From: a virus
Lineage: Duplodnaviria; Caudoviricetes
Reading direction: 5' to 3' (one strand)
Virus record (IMG/VR): IMGVR_UViG_3300022690_001247
Span: 1-53,331 of that record
Length of the DNA stretch: 53,331 nucleotides
Shown: in pieces, positions 48,118-53,331 of the stretch
Layout of the letters: each line of letters begins with the position of its first letter
How positions within the stretch are numbered: the first letter of the stretch is position 1
Made by a program: the position numbers and the translations under genes
The notes under the pieces: generated by a model
Database searches by the model: none
Told to the model about the DNA's origin: nothing
Seen by the model: the letters and a program-made list of their open reading frames with translations, nothing else

Positions 48118-50031
48118 AAGACTATAAGGTTATAGATTACGAAACTACTGGTTTCAAGACTTATAAAGGTGATAAGATTTTTGCTTTTGTATTGACTGAC
48201 TCAGAAATAAGGTCTGAAGTTTACCGGCTGGATAACCAGGATACCTCACAAAATTTTAAATCTAACAGAATCCTGAAAAATTTTTTTTAGAAATTCCGAA
48301 ATTATAAAAGTTGCTCACAATGCAAAATTTGAAATGGGCTTTACTGCTATGTACTATGGTGGTACTTTACCAAAGTCTAAATGGGATGACACTATAATTA
48401 TACATCAAATGTTAAGAAACTTGTGGCCAAATCACAAACTGGAAGTATTAGCTAATAAGTATTTTAAAGAGGAGTATAAAGAAGAATGTGAACGGTGGAA
48501 ATATTACGATAAAGAAGTTAAAAAACACATGACAATGCAAAAAAGGCTGTTTAATAACTACCCTAACAGAGTAGAAAAAGAGATATTAGAACCTATGTAT
48601 GATGCTGGGATAAAACCTCTTGTTGAAAATAGAGAAAATTACGGACTTATTCCGGTAAAGATAATGAACGGTTATCAGGTAAGTGATGGTGAAAGAGGGG
48701 CTTTATTATACGAACATCTTTTTCCAATGTTGTTAAGAGATAAACCTATGTATCAAGATTATTTAAATGAAATGAAGCTTTTATTTGTGGCTCAGAAAAT
48801 GGAACAGCGTGGTATGAGGGTTTTAAAAGATAATTGTGAAAATTTAATTTTGGACTTAAAAAGAAAATGTAGTGGGTTAGAAAAACAAAAAATAAAATTA
48901 TTCGGGTTTGATATAAATTTAGATTCCCCAAAGCAACTTAGAGAGCACTTATTTGGAGGTACTTTTAATTTTAAGCCTGTTATATTAACTGATAAAAATC
49001 AGCCTTCAGCTTCAAAGGAAGCTATAGCTGAACTCGTAAAATCTAATGACCACCCGGTATTTACCTTGATTCCTAAATGGAGAGCTTATTCCAGGGGTCT
49101 AACAGCCGTTAAATCTTATTTGGAATTAGCAGGTGAGGATTTAATAATTCATCCTAATATGAATACTAATGAGGCTAAAACCAGTAGACAGTCAGTTTCC
49201 AATCCAGCACTACAAAATGTACAAAAAGAAAATTCAGCCACTTCAATGTATGGTATACCGGCTAGACGATGTTTTGGACCCCGTGACGGTTATGTTTATT
49301 TTTTACCTGACCATTCTGGAATAGAAATGAGATTGATAGTTACTGCCAGTGGTGAGACTTATTTTATAGATAGACTAAATGAAGATCCTGATTATGATTG
49401 TCATTCTGATAATGCTCATATAATATTAGGTGGTTTATTTAATCGTATTGACAATAAATCGGAAAAAAAATTAGCTCGGGATTGTGTAAAAAACACTAGT
49501 TTTGCTAAAGCTTATGGGTGTTATTTTAAGAAATATGAAAAAATGTTAGCAAAGTATTTATCACATTCTGAAGCCGTAAAAAGCTGGGATAGGTTCGAAA
49601 AGGAAAGACCTAATATATTTCACTTTACAGATAATATGATGGAAAAAGTTAAGGTGGATGGTTTTATTACTTCAGCATTTGGGAGAAAATTAGCTGCCGA
49701 TTGGGAAAATTTATATTTATGTTCTGCTCATAGAATACAGTGTGATGCTTCTGGGATTATGAAAAGAGGTCAAGTAGCTATTGATGACTATATTCGTATT
49801 TCTTGGGACGGAAATCATGATTTAATTTCTCCTTTATTATCTGTACATGACGAACTTATAATTGAAACTCATAAATCAATATTGAAAGGAAATAGACAAC
49901 AACTCTTATTAAATGACTTAAGTGATTGTATGACGAATATACCTGAAATAAACGTACCTTTAAGGACTGAGTGGAAAATGACAGAAACTAACTGGAGTGC
50001 TGCAAAACCTATAACGTTCAACACCGCGTGA
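48114..50031 (+). CDS. polA: Family A DNA polymerase with 3'-5' exonuclease, split by a +1 frameshift at 48281-48290
   Basis: ExoI IDYETTG in 48114-48290; ExoII HNAKFE, motif A DHSGIEMR, motif B RDCVKNTSFAKAYG and motif C VHDEL in the +1 frame to 50031. Confidence 0.9.
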
Positions 50032-50117
50032 GGAAGGTTATTTGTCTTTCCACGCTCTCCTTCCTCACAGGAAGACAGGGGTCCCCTATCAGCCTTAAAA
50101 CTCGGTTCCTGTCTTCC
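50028..50117 (+). other. Tandem large-loop hairpins after polA
   Basis: GTGAGGAAGG/CCTTCCTCAC and GGAAGACAGG/CCTGTCTTCC perfect 10-bp stems, 1 nt apart. Confidence 0.65.
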
Positions 50118-50134
50118 ACTTCTGTATTATAACT

Positions 50135-50356
50135 ATGGGAAAATTTCAAGATAGACTAAAGAGACTGGACAAAAAAAGCAAAGGTAAATTGTTTTTAGAT
50201 TCAATGATGACTTTTGGAAGGTATAAGGATACTCCAATTAGAGAAATTATAGATCTTGATTATAACTATATGATGTGGTTATGTGATGAAAATATAATTT
50301 TATTAGAAAATGAAGCGTGGACATATCTTCAAGATAAAGGAGGTGATTTTACTTGA
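50135..50356 (+). CDS. DUF3820 / exonuclease X C-terminal-like small domain
   Basis: MTFGRYK..PI..I...D..Y..WL. Confidence 0.7.
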   Translation: MGKFQDRLKRLDKKSKGKLFLDSMMTFGRYKDTPIREIIDLDYNYMMWLCDENIILLENEAWTYLQDKGGDFT

Positions 50357-50550
50357 CACAATATAAAGCACCGGTCCCGGTTATAATGAAAAGAATAATT
50401 AAGGAATGTTCCCTTTCAGAAGATCCGAACCAAAATTGGTATAAACTTAATAGAAGTCAGCTACTCGAATTATTATTGTATGTAGAGGAATTAAAAAAAT
50501 TATTAAATAATCAACCTGAAAGTACTAATGGGCAACTTAGCGGATCATGA
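50353..50550 (+). CDS. Hypothetical protein
   Basis: GGAGG SD, TTG start. Confidence 0.5.
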   Translation: MTQYKAPVPVIMKRIIKECSLSEDPNQNWYKLNRSQLLELLLYVEELKKLLNNQPESTNGQLSGS

Positions 50551-52585
50551 AAATTTAAAAGTATTTAAACAGCATGGATTTATATATAAAAAAGAAAATG
50601 GGGATAATGTTCAAGGGTACTCCATCTTCTCTGGAAAAAATAAATTCTTTATAAATGTAATAACAAAAAGATGGAAGTGTCACCATTCCGGCTTAGGCGG
50701 AGGTTTCCGGACATTTCTACAGGAAGTCCACAATTTCTCCTTACAGCATATGGACGGTATAAAATTGAGGAGATTACATCTAAATAAAGGGCTGAGTCGG
50801 GTTACACTACGCCACCATAAAATAGGTTATAATCCTGAAAATAAAACTTATTTGATTCCAATATGGGATCAAGAGATGGAAAAATTGTGGGACCTCCGAA
50901 TATATAATCCCAAAAATAATGTAATTATGAGTTCAGCAGGGTGTAAGACTGGATTATACGGCTGGGAGTCTATTAACGAGCACAAAACTGTATGGATCGC
51001 AGAGGGTGAGTGGGATCGGATGGCTATGTGGCAGGTTTTAAGTTCCACAGATAAATTACATACTGAAACTGTGGTCTCTGTTCCAGGGGTAAATACTTTT
51101 AAAAATGAATGGTCCAGATTATTTTTGGACAAAGATGTACGGGTTGTTTATGATAACGATCATGATAAAATGATAAAAGGGGTTAAAAGAGTAGGAGCAT
51201 CAAAAGTAGGGTCTTTGAAAGTATTTAACTTATTAAAAAATATAGTTAGTAAATTATCGTTTATACACTGGCCTAAAGAAAAGAAAAATGGTTTTGATGT
51301 AAGAGATTTTTTATTAGAAATTGGTGACTCAATAAACACCTATAAGGCTCTAAATAAATTACTTCTTAAAGATCCTCCAGTAGATAAGAAAGCTTTCCTA
51401 AAAGAAACAACAGTTTCAGTTATAAATTATGACGGTAAGTATGTACCGTATGAAGATGTATATGATGTTTATAAAAAATGGCTTTATTTACCGAATACTG
51501 ATTTATTAGATCTGCTATATGGTACTGTAATTGCCAATAGATTAGACGGTGTCCCTGTTTGGATGTTTATAGTTGGTGCTTCGGGATGTGGGAAAAGTGA
51601 AATTTTATTGAGTATTTCTGAATCTAAGGGAATAAAAAGCACCAGTTCGTTAACTCCTCACGCACTAGTTTCCGGGGCTAATTATGGAGACAAGACAGAT
51701 CCTTCTTTTATACCTAAATGGAACGGGCATACGGTCATTATAAAGGACTGGACCGCTATTTTAGATTTACCACAAAATGACAGAGACCAAATATACGCAG
51801 TATTTAGAGACATTTATGATGGGAAGTTGGAAAGAGCCTTTGGTAATGGTGTATTTAGAAGATTTTTTTCTAAGTTTGGGATAATAGCTGGTGTAACTGG
51901 AGTCATAGAAATACACGCCCAAGGTCAGACAGCACTGGGTGAAAGGTTTTTAAGATTTCCAATTGATCCACCGAAAACTCTATCTGAAACCATGCTTTAC
52001 TTAACACGAGCCCAGCAAAACTCCACTGCCCAACAAGAGATGAGACTTGAATTGCAGGAAATGGGTAGAAAGGTACTTGCCTTCGATTTTAAGAAGATTC
52101 CCAGTTTAGGCTCTAGTAATGAGCAGAAACTCCTTTATCTGGCCCAGTGGACCGCTCAAGTACGTGGAACGGTTTCCAGGGACAAGTACTCAAAGGAAAT
52201 TTTAGCCAGACCGTTTATCGAACTGGGAACCAGGTTAATTCAGGAATACGTGAAACTACTTTACGGGTGCAGTATGTTTAAAGGGATAGACCCTGGAGAA
52301 AAAGAATTTGGTATTTTAAAGAAGGTAGCCCAAGGATCTGTACCTTCAGACCTTTCCAGAATTCTAAAATATTTAATGAATAATGACCCACAAAAGCCCC
52401 ATACGGATACAGAACTTTCAGAGGCTTGTGGACTACCTTATCAAACCGCCCGGAGGAAGATAGAGGACATAGTTTTTTTAGGGGGTTTAGCCCGTAAAAA
52501 GAATAAAATGAAGCCTAATAGGTTTGAGTATCGGGTAACTAAAGACATGATTAAATTGATTGAGTTAAGCGGGGTTTATAGTTGA
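50528..52585 (+). CDS. TOPRIM primase fused to an AAA+ (MCM-like) helicase
   Basis: IAEGEWD, VVYDND, GFDVRD; GASGCGKS Walker A, IIKDW Walker B, GERFLR arginine finger, C-terminal wHTH. Confidence 0.85.
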   Translation: MGNLADHENLKVFKQHGFIYKKENGDNVQGYSIFSGKNKFFINVITKRWKCHHSGLGGGFRTFLQEVHNFSLQHMDGIKLRRLHLNKGLSRVTLRHHKIGYNPENKTYLIPIWDQEMEKLWDLRIYNPKNNVIMSSAGCKTGLYGWESINEHKTVWIAEGEWDRMAMWQVLSSTDKLHTETVVSVPGVNTFKNEWSRLFLDKDVRVVYDNDHDKMIKGVKRVGASKVGSLKVFNLLKNIVSKLSFIHWPKEKKNGFDVRDFLLEIGDSINTYKALNKLLLKDPPVDKKAFLKETTVSVINYDGKYVPYEDVYDVYKKWLYLPNTDLLDLLYGTVIANRLDGVPVWMFIVGASGCGKSEILLSISESKGIKSTSSLTPHALVSGANYGDKTDPSFIPKWNGHTVIIKDWTAILDLPQNDRDQIYAVFRDIYDGKLERAFGNGVFRRFFSKFGIIAGVTGVIEIHAQGQTALGERFLRFPIDPPKTLSETMLYLTRAQQNSTAQQEMRLELQEMGRKVLAFDFKKIPSLGSSNEQKLLYLAQWTAQVRGTVSRDKYSKEILARPFIELGTRLIQEYVKLLYGCSMFKGIDPGEKEFGILKKVAQGSVPSDLSRILKYLMNNDPQKPHTDTELSEACGLPYQTARRKIEDIVFLGGLARKKNKMKPNRFEYRVTKDMIKLIELSGVYS

Positions 52586-53242
52586 GTTATCATACATTTC
52601 CATTACCCATGGAAACCACTCTTTAGTTATTTCTTTCATAGCCCTGGCAATTTCCTGATGTTCCCATTGTGCATGATTATCATCTCTAAGTTTGAAATAC
52701 TTAATAAGATTGCTTAAATCTATATTAACCATAATTTCAGTTAGTGCACCTACTGGAAGAACTATTCTAGCCATTTCACGAGCTACACCCCAGCTTATTA
52801 ACATTTTATAGTGTTCATTACATGCATAATACAATCTCTCTACTCCACTAGAAATATTTTTATGATCTAATTCTTTAGTTTCTGCACTACTTTGTTTATT
52901 TTTAGTATCCTGTGCTCTCCATTTCTCTGGAACATAAAAACCAAGGTCAAGTTCAGTATACCTAGCAGATAATTCATTAAGTCTAAATGTCCGATGTCTA
53001 ACGAATTGTCTCATTACAAATATTGGCATCCTGATATTAAATGTAATATTCACCATTTCGAATGGTGATGTGTGTTTATTCTTAAATAGGTATCGTAGGA
53101 GTTTTTTGTCCTTATCCATTCCCTTGGATGGTTGTAAATACGACATTCTGGCAGCACCAACAATATCTAAATCAGTTCCCAAATGGTTTACATATGTTAC
53201 AAAGCTGTTACCTAGCACTTCTATTTTATGTCCTTGTTTCAT
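52565..53242 (-). CDS. thyX: Flavin-dependent thymidylate synthase
   Basis: AARMSY, HTSPFE, RQFVRHR..RLNE.SARY, E.AR.VLP, LR...HAQWE. Confidence 0.95.
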   Translation of the reverse strand: MKQGHKIEVLGNSFVTYVNHLGTDLDIVGAARMSYLQPSKGMDKDKKLLRYLFKNKHTSPFEMVNITFNIRMPIFVMRQFVRHRTFRLNELSARYTELDLGFYVPEKWRAQDTKNKQSSAETKELDHKNISSGVERLYYACNEHYKMLISWGVAREMARIVLPVGALTEIMVNIDLSNLIKYFKLRDDNHAQWEHQEIARAMKEITKEWFPWVMEMYDNSTINPA

Positions 53243-53331
53243 TTTCTAACTCCTCAATTTCATTTTTTATATTATAAATAGATTTTTGAATGTCTTCAGT
53301 AAATACCCCATCAAAATCCTCACCCCAGACA
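53188..53331. repeat. Terminal direct repeat, copy 2
   Basis: Identical to 1-144. Confidence 0.95.

Noticed and set aside
48288-48290. TAG reassignment or stop-codon readthrough in polA
   Set aside because: In-frame readthrough hits TGA within about 14 codons and misses ExoII. Other genes end normally at TAG, so the standard code fits.
50070-50117. Hammerhead ribozyme on the minus strand
   Set aside because: The core reads CTGATAG rather than CUGANGA, and there is no properly placed GAAA or three-way junction.
1-53331. tRNA genes, integrase or repressor, introns or inteins
   Set aside because: No cloverleaf or T-loop signatures, recombinase motifs or splicing motifs were seen by eye. A tRNAscan and HMM run should confirm this.

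Overview
The window is an apparently complete, circularly assembled AT-rich tailed phage genome with a 53,187 bp unit; bases 1-144 recur at 53188-53331. It has a contractile, myovirus-type tail. Layout: (i) a minus-strand arm, 52565 through the wrap to 9218, with thyX, DUF3310, a SLOG/DUF2493 protein, a Lar-like protein, a phage Dam methyltransferase, a SpoVG-like protein and many small ORFs; (ii) a divergent control region, 9219-9828; (iii) plus-strand packaging, head and tail genes (terS, PBSX-type terL, DUF1073 portal, gp7/F-like protein, DUF2213 protease, DUF2184 capsid, DUF3383 sheath, DUF3277 tube, chaperone, tape measure, baseplate, fibre), interrupted by clusters of tiny ORFs; (iv) a replication module (SNF2-like helicase, RuvC-like resolvase, PD-(D/E)XK nuclease, Sak4-like ATPase, SSB, family A polymerase, TOPRIM-AAA+ primase-helicase). 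I saw no integrase, repressor, tRNA, CRISPR array or recognisable endolysin. Main observations: a small ORF followed by a switchable terminator leader before the head genes; an 11-12 nt motif that makes the capsid 3'UTR antisense to two ribosome-binding regions; a +1 frameshift splitting the polymerase; a -1 chaperone frameshift; a chimeric Acb2 N-terminus and tail-protein-like mini-ORFs between terL and portal; and strong TAAG/CTTA enrichment around terS. All family calls come from motif recognition by eye, not database searches.
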